This document shows, piece after piece, positions 1 to 8,794 of a stretch of 64,000 bases of DNA. The DNA is from an uncultured Defluviitaleaceae bacterium. GTDB lineage: Bacteria; Bacillota; Clostridia; Lachnospirales; WRBF01. The notes beneath the pieces were generated by a model. The model was not told the origin of the DNA. It did no database searches and worked only from the letters and a program-made list of their open reading frames with translations. The DNA is taken from NCBI GenBank assembly GCA_964533945.1, contig CAZHPA010000003.1, forward strand, positions 1,128 to 65,127, given 5' to 3'. The translations under genes were made by a program, and so were the position numbers. Each line of letters starts with the position of its first letter. The first letter of the stretch is position 1.

Positions 1-32
1 TTCCAACGCACATTGCACTTGGCACAAACAAA

Positions 33-641
33 ATGTCGTCTACTATAGGAACAATTGTTTCCACTGTTAGGTATTGTAAAAATACAAAGCCACATGTAAA
101 ACTTGCTGTTTTAAGTGTTGTTTTTTCGCTTACAGGTTCATATATTGGGTCAAGTCTTGCACTTATAATAAAAGAAACTTTTTTAAGAAATATACTTGTT
201 TTTATTTTGCCTATTGTAGCAGCTTTTGTGCTTTTTTCAAAAAAGCTCGGAAAAAGCAACAAGCCTTTTTCTCCTCAAGGGTTAAAAGATTATGCTCTTG
301 CAGCTTTTATTGCCTTTTTAGTTGGTGGCTACGATGGATTTTATGGCCCCGGAACTGGTACGTTTTTAATTATCTTATTTTTATCGTTTATGAAAATGGA
401 CATAAACACAGCTTCTGCTAATACAAAAATTGTAAATTCGGCATCAAATATTTCAGCTTTTGTTGTATTTTTGCTAAATGGCAAGGTGTTTTTTGCCCTT
501 GGGTTAATTGCGATTATTTTTTCTATTTTAGGGAACTATTTAGGTTCTCAGCTTGTTTTAAAGCGTGGATTCGTCATAGTTAAGCCTATAATTATTTTGG
601 TTATTTCTATTTTGTTTTGTAAGCTTGTATTTTGGCCTTAA
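33..641 (+). CDS. TauE/SafE (sulfite exporter, TSUP) family membrane protein; N-terminus probably lies before the window
   Basis: Hydrophobic protein with motifs GGYDGFYGPGTGTF and ANTKIVN; the frame is open upstream (HIALGTNK). Confidence 0.85.
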   Translation: MSSTIGTIVSTVRYCKNTKPHVKLAVLSVVFSLTGSYIGSSLALIIKETFLRNILVFILPIVAAFVLFSKKLGKSNKPFSPQGLKDYALAAFIAFLVGGYDGFYGPGTGTFLIILFLSFMKMDINTASANTKIVNSASNISAFVVFLLNGKVFFALGLIAIIFSILGNYLGSQLVLKRGFVIVKPIIILVISILFCKLVFWP

Positions 642-649
642 CAAAAAAT

Positions 650-683
650 AAAACTGCAGGCGCTTAATGGCACTTGCAGTTTT
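650..683. terminator. Bidirectional intrinsic terminator
   Basis: AAAACTGCA...TGCAGTTTT hairpin between convergent genes. Confidence 0.7.
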
Positions 684-708
684 GCTATGTTTTTAGATTT
701 CAAGATTT

Positions 709-1482
709 CTAGTCTTTTTTAATTTGCCTTCCTGTTCCGTCTATAGTATAGTTTTCTTTATGAATTAATTGAGAGATTGGCAAGAAACTATAGCCTTTTT
801 CTTTAAGTCCTTTAATTATTGAAGGTAGTGCTTCCGGCGTATCTCTTGTGTCGTTATGGAATAAAAGTATTGAGCCGTTTTTAAGGTTTTTGTGGTTTAA
901 AACATGGTTAATTTCAAATTCAACACCTTTTTTCATCCAGTCCCAACTATCAACATCCCATTGTATTGTATAATATGAAAGTTCGTCGGCAGCTTCAATT
1001 ACGGTGTTGTTATATTCGCCGTATGGTGGACGGAATAAGTTAATATCAATTCCCAAAAGCTCTTTAACTTTATCATGCACACCTTGGATTTCGGCTTTGT
1101 TTTGTTCTTTTGAAAGTTGAGCGCCATGCGCATGGGTATCGCCGTGGTTTCCTATATCATGCCCTTCTTCTGCTATTTTTTTAACAACATCTGGGTATTT
1201 TTTAACCCAATAACCGCAAAGGAAAAATGTTGCTTTAACATCTTCGTCTTTAAGAATTTTTAAAAGTAAATCTGTATCATCTGAACCCCAAGCCGCATCA
1301 AAAGACAGCGAAACAACTTTTTGCTCTGTTTCAACGCTATATATTGGAATTTTTCTTTTTGTAGTAGAATTTGAAGCATAGGCTTCATTAAAAACGGAAA
1401 CAGCAGTTGTTTTTAGCGTTAAAGTACCGGCTATAAAAACAAAAGCAATTAAAATAACGGCTAAAGCTTTAGCTCTATTCAT
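709..1482 (-). CDS. Polysaccharide deacetylase (CE4/NodB), PdaB-like sporulation type
   Basis: N-terminal TM helix; SLSFDAAWG, HDIGNHGDTH, FRPPYGEY, WDVDSWDW, LFHND motifs. Confidence 0.85.
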   Translation of the reverse strand: MNRAKALAVILIAFVFIAGTLTLKTTAVSVFNEAYASNSTTKRKIPIYSVETEQKVVSLSFDAAWGSDDTDLLLKILKDEDVKATFFLCGYWVKKYPDVVKKIAEEGHDIGNHGDTHAHGAQLSKEQNKAEIQGVHDKVKELLGIDINLFRPPYGEYNNTVIEAADELSYYTIQWDVDSWDWMKKGVEFEINHVLNHKNLKNGSILLFHNDTRDTPEALPSIIKGLKEKGYSFLPISQLIHKENYTIDGTGRQIKKD

Positions 1483-1573
1483 TGCACACTACCCTCTCTA
1501 AATAATTATTATGGTAATAATATATTATTAACGGTATAGTGCAAAATATGTCCTTACGCTTATAATTTTCCAA

Positions 1574-3658
1574 TTAAAAGTTGCCGATTAAAAGCCTACC
1601 TATTTGATAAAATGCAAGCGAAACCAAAAAGGCGAATGCCGTTTGATATAAAACAGCGGCAAGCGTCCATTTAACACTTCCCATTTCACGCCCTATAGCC
1701 CCTATTGCGGCAACGCAAGGAGCGCATAAAAGATTAAACAGCATAAACGAATATGCCGAAAGCTGATTAAAAGACATTTTAATAGCTTCTTTAGTATCAA
1801 TGTTTCCCCCATATAATACGCTAAGAGTTCCAACTACATTTTCTTTAGCAATAAGCCCTGTTAAAGTTGAAACTGCTGCTTGCCATTGTCCAAACCCTAA
1901 AGGGGAGAAAACAGGCGAAATAAATCTGCCGAACGAAGCAAGCATTGAAGCTTGTATTTCAACAAATTCAAGCTTTAAATTAAATGTACTTAAAAACCAA
2001 ACGCCAACGCAAGCTATTAAAATAACTGTGCTTGCTTTTTGAACAAAAGATTTGCCCCTATCATAAACTTGAAGTAAAATGTTTTTAAGGCGTGGCATTC
2101 GATATGGTGGAAGCTCCATAACAAACGGCATCTCTTTTCCTTTAAAAGCTTTAAACTGCTTTAAAATAATTCCTGATAGCATAATTGACAATATACCTAT
2201 AAAATAGGCAGAAAACGCAACCCATGCTGAATTTGGAAATAAAGCGCCTGCAATTAATGCAATAATTGGAAGCTTTGCAGAACATGGTATAAATGTTGTT
2301 GTTATAATTGTTATTTTGCGGTCGGCTTCACTTTCAATTGTCCGTGATGCCATAATGCCCGGAACTCCACAACCAGTTCCGATTAAAATTGGTATAAAAG
2401 ATTTTCCTGAAAGCCCAAACTTTCTAAAAACTTTATCAAGTATAAAAGCAATTCTTGCCATGTATCCGCAATCTTCTAAAAGAGAAAGAAAGAAAAAAAG
2501 TACAAGAAGTTGCGGTAAAAAGCTAACTACCGAACCAACACCTTTAAATATACCATTTAAAATAAGAGAATTAAACCAATCTGCAGTTTGTAGCGAAACA
2601 AGAACTTTTTCTGTATATGGAACTATTAATTGACCAAACAAAACATTATTAATAAAATCAGTTGCTAACGCCCCAAACATTGATACAGATACAAAATACA
2701 AAATAAACATTACGGCAGCAAAAATAGGCAATGCTAATATTCGGTTTGTTATAATATTATCAATTTTATTTGACATTGTGGGTTTGCCTTTGTTCTTTTT
2801 AAACACGCAATCCTCAACTATTTTTGTAATATATGTATAACGTTCGTTGGCTATAATTCCTTCGCTGTCGTCATCATATTTTGCCTCACAATCTTTTATA
2901 ATTTGTTCTGCTTTATTTAATATTTCTTCCGAAAACCCCTTAACTTCTTTATCCCTTTCAAAAAGTTTGACGGCATAAAAATATGAAAACTTATTTTGCT
3001 TTTCGGCTGAACTTTTAATTAGATTTTCAATATTTTGTATTGCTTCTAAAATATATTCAGAAAATATACTTTTGTAATTATATTCATAATTATAATTGTT
3101 GTTTTCGGCAAGCAAAATTGCTGTTTGTGATGCTTCTATACAGCCCTCGCCTTTTAAGGCAGAAATTTCTAAAGTAGGGCAACCAAAATATTCTGAAAGC
3201 TTTTTAACATTAATTTTATCGCCTGCTTTTTTAATTATATCTGTCATATTTAAAGCAATTATAATTGGAATTTTAAGCTCTGCAAGCTGTGTTGTTAAAT
3301 ACAAATTTCTTTCAATATTTGTGCTATCAACAACGTTTATTATAACGTTTGGGTTTTCAAGCGTTAAATAATTTCTTGAAACCACTTCTTCCGGTGTATA
3401 TGGCGATAGCGAATATATGCCGGGCAAATCTGTTATAATGACACTTTCGTGCCCTTTTAGCTTGCCTTCTTTCTTTTCAACTGTAACGCCCGGCCAATTT
3501 CCAACATATTGGTTGCCGCCCGTTAAAGCATTATACATTGTTGTTTTTCCGCTGTTAGGATTGCCAACAAGCGCTATTTTCAGCAGTTTTTTTGCTTCCC
3601 TTTTTGTTTGATTTTCCATTTTGCCAGAAACATTTTCCGCAACAGTTTTTATATTCAT
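1574..3658 (-). CDS. feoB: Ferrous iron transporter B
   Basis: GNPNSGKT, VGNWPGVTVEKKEG, DLPGIYSL GTPase motifs followed by the membrane domain. Confidence 0.97.
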   Translation of the reverse strand: MNIKTVAENVSGKMENQTKREAKKLLKIALVGNPNSGKTTMYNALTGGNQYVGNWPGVTVEKKEGKLKGHESVIITDLPGIYSLSPYTPEEVVSRNYLTLENPNVIINVVDSTNIERNLYLTTQLAELKIPIIIALNMTDIIKKAGDKINVKKLSEYFGCPTLEISALKGEGCIEASQTAILLAENNNYNYEYNYKSIFSEYILEAIQNIENLIKSSAEKQNKFSYFYAVKLFERDKEVKGFSEEILNKAEQIIKDCEAKYDDDSEGIIANERYTYITKIVEDCVFKKNKGKPTMSNKIDNIITNRILALPIFAAVMFILYFVSVSMFGALATDFINNVLFGQLIVPYTEKVLVSLQTADWFNSLILNGIFKGVGSVVSFLPQLLVLFFFLSLLEDCGYMARIAFILDKVFRKFGLSGKSFIPILIGTGCGVPGIMASRTIESEADRKITIITTTFIPCSAKLPIIALIAGALFPNSAWVAFSAYFIGILSIMLSGIILKQFKAFKGKEMPFVMELPPYRMPRLKNILLQVYDRGKSFVQKASTVILIACVGVWFLSTFNLKLEFVEIQASMLASFGRFISPVFSPLGFGQWQAAVSTLTGLIAKENVVGTLSVLYGGNIDTKEAIKMSFNQLSAYSFMLFNLLCAPCVAAIGAIGREMGSVKWTLAAVLYQTAFAFLVSLAFYQIGRLLIGNF

Positions 3659-3923
3659 AAAATTCCCCCATTTGGTTAGTTTTGGCTAACTCGTTTGCAC
3701 ATTGCTTTTCAACTTCAATTATTTCTGCATCAATTTTTCTAAGTGTTAATTCATATCCCCTTAAATTAATTTCTAATGGGTCGCCCAATGGCGCAACTTT
3801 TCTAATTAAAATTTCTGTTCCTTTTGTAATTCCCATATCCATAATGCGGCGTTTAATTGCACCTTGCCCGTTTAATTTAACAACTTTAACAATTTCGCCA
3901 ACTTCTGTTTGTTTTAGTGTCAT
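3555..3923 (-). CDS. feoA: Ferrous iron transport protein A with a C-terminal extension overlapping feoB
   Basis: RRIMDMGITKG, APLGDP, RGYELTLRK FeoA motifs. Confidence 0.9.
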   Translation of the reverse strand: MTLKQTEVGEIVKVVKLNGQGAIKRRIMDMGITKGTEILIRKVAPLGDPLEINLRGYELTLRKIDAEIIEVEKQCANELAKTNQMGEFYEYKNCCGKCFWQNGKSNKKGSKKTAENSACWQS

Positions 3924-3960
3924 AAAATATCCCCCTATTGTAGTTAAAAATAATTTACAG

Positions 3961-3978
3961 TTAGTTTAGGCTAACTAA
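3961..3978. promoter_or_regulatory. DtxR/MntR-type operator upstream of feoAB
   Basis: Near-palindrome TTAGTTTAGGCTAACTAA resembling the DtxR box, just downstream of the feoA promoter. Confidence 0.7.
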
Positions 3979-3990
3979 TATAATCTAATT

Positions 3991-4019
3991 ATATTATCAT
4001 ATGGTAAAATAATTGTCAA
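3991..4019 (-). promoter_or_regulatory. SigA-type promoter of feoAB
   Basis: TTGACA-17 nt-TAATAT with extended TG on the minus strand. Confidence 0.65.
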
Positions 4020-4033
4020 TAATTATTAGAAAC

Positions 4034-4062
4034 TTGACATAGCACTTTAGTCCATTTATACT
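4034..4062 (+). promoter_or_regulatory. SigA-type promoter of the metal regulator locus
   Basis: TTGACA-17 nt-TATACT. Confidence 0.7.
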
Positions 4063-4107
4063 AAAATTACAAAGGGAAGAAGAAGGCTGGAAAGGGAGAT
4101 GATGCTT

Positions 4108-4278
4108 ATGAAAATTATGGAATCTGCCGAAAACTATTTAGAAGCCATTCTAATTTTAAAAAAGCAATTAGGAGAAGTCCATGCTATAGATATTGCCAAT
4201 TTGTTTGGAAGGTTTTCAAAGCCCAGCGTTAGTAATGCTATGAAGCAATTTATAGGGCGAAGGAGAGGCTATATATGA
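4108..4278 (+). CDS. 56-aa HTH-only partial duplicate of the DtxR/MntR regulator (small ORF or pseudogene)
   Basis: MKIMESAENYLEAILILKKQLGEVHAIDIANLFGRFSKPSVSNAMKQFIGRRRGYI*, nearly identical to the N-terminus of 4275..4661; own RBS (AAGGGAG); its TGA overlaps the next ATG. Confidence 0.7.
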   Translation: MKIMESAENYLEAILILKKQLGEVHAIDIANLFGRFSKPSVSNAMKQFIGRRRGYI

Positions 4279-4661
4279 AAATTATGGAATCTGCCGAAAA
4301 CTATTTAGAAGCCATTTTAATTTTAAAAAAGCAATTAGGGGAAGTCCGTGCTATAGATATTGCTAATTACTTAAGTTTTTCAAAACCAAGCGTTAGCAAT
4401 GCCATGAAACAATTTAGGAAGAATAATTATATAATTATTGACGATTCGGGTTTTATTATATTAACCCAAAAAGGAATGGATATTGCAACATCAATTTATG
4501 AAAAGCACTATTTATTAACAAATTTTTTAATGGGGTTAGGCGTTAGCGAAAAAACAGCAAAAGAAGACGCTTGCAAAATAGAACATTATATTAGCGAAGA
4601 AAGCTTTAATAAAATTAAAGAACATTGCATGTGTTGTATGAAAAAAAGAATTGAAATCTAA
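4275..4661 (+). CDS. DtxR/MntR family metal-dependent transcriptional regulator
   Basis: ESAENYLEAI, SKPSVS helix, EDACKIEH metal site; divergent from feoAB. Confidence 0.92.
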   Translation: MKIMESAENYLEAILILKKQLGEVRAIDIANYLSFSKPSVSNAMKQFRKNNYIIIDDSGFIILTQKGMDIATSIYEKHYLLTNFLMGLGVSEKTAKEDACKIEHYISEESFNKIKEHCMCCMKKRIEI

Positions 4662-4691
4662 AAGCTGCTGTTTTGTATACAGCAGCTTTTA
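4659..4691. terminator. Bidirectional intrinsic terminator
   Basis: TAAAAGCTGCTG...CAGCAGCTTTTA. Confidence 0.8.
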
Positions 4692-4701
4692 TACTAACTA
4701 A

Positions 4702-6345
4702 TTAAGAACCAGTAGCTAATAAATATGGCTTCTCAAAAGAAAAAACAAGGTTGTTGTAATTATAAGCATTTTTAACTATTGCTATTTCCTTATCTAATAT
4801 TAAAAGCTTTGCAGCGTCAACTTCAAATTGAGTTACCATACCGGCTTCAAGACTTGAAAGCGCTTTATAATAGTCATTTTTTGCTTTTGTTAAATCAAGT
4901 TCCAGCGTTTTTTGCCTTTCTTCCAATTGCTTAATTGTGTTATATGTGCTTCTTAATGATTTGTCCATGCTGCTTTTTGCATTTTCTAACTTACGTTCGG
5001 CATCACTTAAATCATTTTCTTTTTGAAGCTTTGATTTAGCTTCATTGTCTTTTCCTGTTGTTATAACATATTTGGCTTCATCAACAGCTTGCTGTTTCAT
5101 TTTAATTGTTGGGTCGGCGTTAATTTTAGTTCTAACATAGCTATCAAGTCCATATTCAAGCCTAACAGCTTTAATTGTAGGTTCATAGTTTACAAAAACG
5201 TCTCTGTTTGCAGGAAATTTTAATAAATTATTTAACCCTTGCTTTTCATTTGCAAGAAGAATCTTTAAAGATGCCAAGCTTGTTTCGTCTTGTTTTAAAG
5301 TAAGTTCTGCCGATTTAACTTCCGAATCTGAAGCCATACCAACTGAATTTTTTAATGTAACATTATTAAGATTTGTTTTACTAAGCTTAATTTTTTCTTC
5401 AAGCATTTGAATGTCCATTGTGTAGCTTGATATATTAGAAAGATAAGTTTTAAGCATAAATTCAGAACCATCAGCAATAATTTGTTTGTTTAGCTTTTCG
5501 TTTTCAATTTGATTTTTTGTACTTTGCTGTTGCCTTAATGTTTGAATTAATTGGTTTTCAAGCTCTGTTTCTTTAGCCGCTCTTTCAGCTTCAGCTTTTC
5601 TGGTTTCCGCTTCAATCTTAATAAGTTCTGCTTGAATTTCTGGCGTAACTTCGCCCCCGCTATGCAAATAAGTGCTATATGGCGAAGTTAGATTAGTTTG
5701 CTGATTTTTTAAAGCATTCAAAGATTCGTCAATCGCTCCATAGCTTGTGCCAAGCTTAGAATCAAGCTCACGCATATATTCCATGCTTTCTTTAAGCGCT
5801 TCAAGCTGTGAATTTGCTTTAAGTGCTGTATCTAATGCTTGAGAATACGTTAACTGTGTTGTATTGTTGTTAATTGACTTCCTTTTGTCAAGAACTGATA
5901 TGTTTGCATTAAAAACATTTGGCTTGTTTGTTGTAATTTCAACAGTACGGCTTTTTTCTCTCCATTGAACTCTTGCGCCGAACGCTTCGCTAACAAATCT
6001 AAGCGGTATCATCATTTTATCATCAAGAATATATGGCGCAACGGCAAGTTCTATTGGTTTGTTGTCTATATGTGCAGTATTTGAATCAACTTTTAGACGT
6101 ATTGTTGTTTTGTCTTTTGTTGCCGTAACTTCTTTAATATGGGGATTCCATACTACCTTTGCTCCTAAAAGCGTAAAAATTTCGTTCATGCCAACTGTAA
6201 TGTAATCGTCTACAAACTGTGGCTCAACAGAAAGCGGCGTTACTAATCCATCTAATTTAACAGAAGCACCTTCTGCAAGCACTGACGTTGCTGGCATTGC
6301 AAATATAAGCATTGCCGATAAAGCTAATTTTACAAGTCTTTTCAT
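4702..6345 (-). CDS. Secreted protein: copper-amine-oxidase N-terminal (stalk) domain plus long coiled-coil, TolC-like region
   Basis: Signal peptide; MMIPLRFVSEAFGARVQW stalk motif; helical repeats LKNSVGMASDSEV and LEAGMVTQFEV reminiscent of TolC/OEP repeats. Confidence 0.7.
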   Translation of the reverse strand: MKRLVKLALSAMLIFAMPATSVLAEGASVKLDGLVTPLSVEPQFVDDYITVGMNEIFTLLGAKVVWNPHIKEVTATKDKTTIRLKVDSNTAHIDNKPIELAVAPYILDDKMMIPLRFVSEAFGARVQWREKSRTVEITTNKPNVFNANISVLDKRKSINNNTTQLTYSQALDTALKANSQLEALKESMEYMRELDSKLGTSYGAIDESLNALKNQQTNLTSPYSTYLHSGGEVTPEIQAELIKIEAETRKAEAERAAKETELENQLIQTLRQQQSTKNQIENEKLNKQIIADGSEFMLKTYLSNISSYTMDIQMLEEKIKLSKTNLNNVTLKNSVGMASDSEVKSAELTLKQDETSLASLKILLANEKQGLNNLLKFPANRDVFVNYEPTIKAVRLEYGLDSYVRTKINADPTIKMKQQAVDEAKYVITTGKDNEAKSKLQKENDLSDAERKLENAKSSMDKSLRSTYNTIKQLEERQKTLELDLTKAKNDYYKALSSLEAGMVTQFEVDAAKLLILDKEIAIVKNAYNYNNLVFSFEKPYLLATGS

Positions 6346-6500
6346 TAAATCACTTCCTTTTTCAAATATTATATATCACTTCCAAATTATTATATAGTAT
6401 TTACGCAAAAAAAATAAAAATGTTTATATATATTCCAATAAAATAGCTTATAGGCATAAGTTACAAATAATGTCGCAATGTGCCGTAATGTTTAAAAACA

Positions 6501-6529
6501 TTGACATTCAATAGCAAAAATGATAAAAT
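6501..6529 (+). promoter_or_regulatory. SigA promoter of the MBL-GrpE-Hsp70 operon
   Basis: TTGACA-17 nt-TAAAAT with extended TG. Confidence 0.7.
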
Positions 6530-6553
6530 AAATTTGTTCTGCTATAAATAGCA

Positions 6554-7699
6554 ATGTATCGGACGGTGTTTTTTATGTACTACAAAGAAAACGAATTAAA
6601 GCTTGTCGCACTTGGCGGAGCGGATGAAATAGGGGCAAGCTGCTATTTCCTACAAATAGGCCGTTCCAACATTTTGCTTGATTGTGGGCTTAAAGCCGAA
6701 AATTGTTACCCAAATTTTGCTCCTTTAATTAAAAAAGGGTTAATTGAGCAAAATAGTCAAATTAATCAAGTTTTTATTTCCCATGCCCATTTAGACCATA
6801 TCGGTTATCTTCCGCAAATTTTTACACTTTCAAATGCCGCCGTTTATTGTACATATTTAACAAAAGAAATTGGCTACCATTTGCTTTGGGATTTAAGACT
6901 TGAACACGTTAAACATTTAAATAAAAGAAAACAGGCAGAAGATGAATTGCTTGTTAAAGAATGCTTTGATAGAATAAAAGTTATAAACTATATGAAAGAA
7001 ATTAGCTTTCCCGATTATAAAATAACATTTTACGAATCGGGGCATATAAGTGGTGCTGCTATGATGCATATTAAAACAAAAAACCGCAGCTTACTATACA
7101 CAGGCGATTTTTCGGGAAACTTTTTTTTGCCCGAAAATTTATGCGTAGATACAATGATAATATGTGGGACATATGCAAACAATCCAACCCATGTTAGCCG
7201 TGACAGAAAAAACAAAATAATTTCAGAGATAGTATGGAATTTAAAAAAAAATCGTTCTGTTTATCTTCAGGCAAACCAGCTTACAAAAGGCATTGAACTT
7301 CTAGCTTTAATTAACGAAGAACTGCCTAAGGTTAATGTTTATTTAGAGCAGAATATTATGTGGCTTGCTCAAAAAATGAGCGAATTAAGAGTTCTTAAAC
7401 TTGGGCTTAATAACTTTACCTACAATAAATACGACATAAAAACGCCGTGTGTTTATATCGGCAAGGACGAATGGCAAAACGGTTTTGTTAAAATTAAGTC
7501 AACGTTTTCTTTGCACGCAGACTACAACGAAATTAAAGCTTTTATTAAAAAATTAAATCCAGATAAAGCTGTAATAGTTCATGTTGGTGCTTGTGATTTA
7601 GAGGAAAACCGTGAAATACTTTCAAAAGAGCTTATGCTTGACGCTGAATGTAAAACTCGGCTTATTTATCCCAAAAACGGTGATGTTTTAATATTGTAA
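6554..7699 (+). CDS. Metallo-beta-lactamase fold nuclease, beta-CASP/CPSF73-like (probable start 6575)
   Basis: LGGADEIGASC, LLDCG, SHAHLDHIG, GHISGAA, YTGDF, FSLHAD, VIVH motifs. Confidence 0.85.
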   Translation: MYRTVFFMYYKENELKLVALGGADEIGASCYFLQIGRSNILLDCGLKAENCYPNFAPLIKKGLIEQNSQINQVFISHAHLDHIGYLPQIFTLSNAAVYCTYLTKEIGYHLLWDLRLEHVKHLNKRKQAEDELLVKECFDRIKVINYMKEISFPDYKITFYESGHISGAAMMHIKTKNRSLLYTGDFSGNFFLPENLCVDTMIICGTYANNPTHVSRDRKNKIISEIVWNLKKNRSVYLQANQLTKGIELLALINEELPKVNVYLEQNIMWLAQKMSELRVLKLGLNNFTYNKYDIKTPCVYIGKDEWQNGFVKIKSTFSLHADYNEIKAFIKKLNPDKAVIVHVGACDLEENREILSKELMLDAECKTRLIYPKNGDVLIL

Positions 7700-7714
7700 C
7701 AATTATAATTTATA

Positions 7715-8782
7715 ATGCATGGAAGGGATATATTTATGAAAGAGAAGAAAATAAAGCAGAAAATTCTCGATGAAACAAATAAGCTTGTTAAAAAATATGT
7801 TAAGCAGTCTAAATTAAATAGTTCTAAAATAGAACGTGAAAACAAAGTGCTTAGATGTTTTGTTAACGAGTCTGATATTCAGCCACGTATTTGTGCCGAA
7901 AAACTAACAACCGAAGGGGAGCATATAACCGGTTACGACGTTATAGAAGCACTTAGATTTTTAAAACTCACAATTATTAAAGACCGTACAAAAATGATTA
8001 AATATGCAGATGAAATTTGCGAATTAATCTATAATTCATTAGCCGGCGACAATGCATCTTTTGAAAAACTTGAACAAGCTTTAACAGAAAAGGATAAATG
8101 GCACAAACAGCAAGCACGCCTTGTTTTGCTTAGATTATTTGAAAAATACCCCGAGTTATACAGCTTGCCGTGCTACAACGACATTTTAATATTTGGAGAT
8201 ATTTTTTGCAAATTTTGCCTATTTGATTTAATTTCATTGGCAGGAGCAGAATTTGGCCTAGACACAAAAGCTGTAGCTAATAAAGATGTAGAGCAGCTTG
8301 AAAAAGAAATAATTCGTGTTACAGATAGTTTGATTAGCGTTAACAATATGCTTGAAGAATTGCAAGATGACTTTGAAGAAAGACTTGAAGCAAGCAAAAT
8401 TCAGGAGAAAAAAGAATTTTTCTCTCTTCTTAATTCTGAAAAATATGGATTCTTTTTAGATTGTCTTTTAACTTGTAGAAGTGGGCTTGAAAAGCTTACT
8501 AAAGAAAATTATGAATTTCCTGTTGAAATTTCCAGTTTATCTATAATGCTTAAAAAATTAATTGAATTTATAAAAGATTGCGAAATAAACCCAATTATGA
8601 AAGTTGGCAAAAAATTGATTGTTAAAGCTTCTGAAATTGATGATTACGAATATTATGGAACGCCTTTTGAAGATGAAGATGACGAAAAAGCAGTTGAAGT
8701 TATTTCACCGGGCTGGGCTTTTGCCAAAAACAAAGACATTCAAATTTCAAAGCCTAAAATAAGAGAAATGCACAACAAATAA
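7715..8782 (+). CDS. Hypothetical protein with coiled coil and GrpE-like C-terminal domain (probable start 7736)
   Basis: Long acidic coiled coil followed by VEVISPGWAF...IQISKPKI, resembling the GrpE beta domain; adjacent to an Hsp70. Confidence 0.55.
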   Translation: MHGRDIFMKEKKIKQKILDETNKLVKKYVKQSKLNSSKIERENKVLRCFVNESDIQPRICAEKLTTEGEHITGYDVIEALRFLKLTIIKDRTKMIKYADEICELIYNSLAGDNASFEKLEQALTEKDKWHKQQARLVLLRLFEKYPELYSLPCYNDILIFGDIFCKFCLFDLISLAGAEFGLDTKAVANKDVEQLEKEIIRVTDSLISVNNMLEELQDDFEERLEASKIQEKKEFFSLLNSEKYGFFLDCLLTCRSGLEKLTKENYEFPVEISSLSIMLKKLIEFIKDCEINPIMKVGKKLIVKASEIDDYEYYGTPFEDEDDEKAVEVISPGWAFAKNKDIQISKPKIREMHNK

Positions 8783-8794
8783 AACTAAGGAGAA

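Noticed and set aside
1800-3611. Short + strand ORFs inside feoB, and similar antisense ORFs throughout the window
   Set aside because: They lie antisense to well-supported genes and lack RBS or motifs
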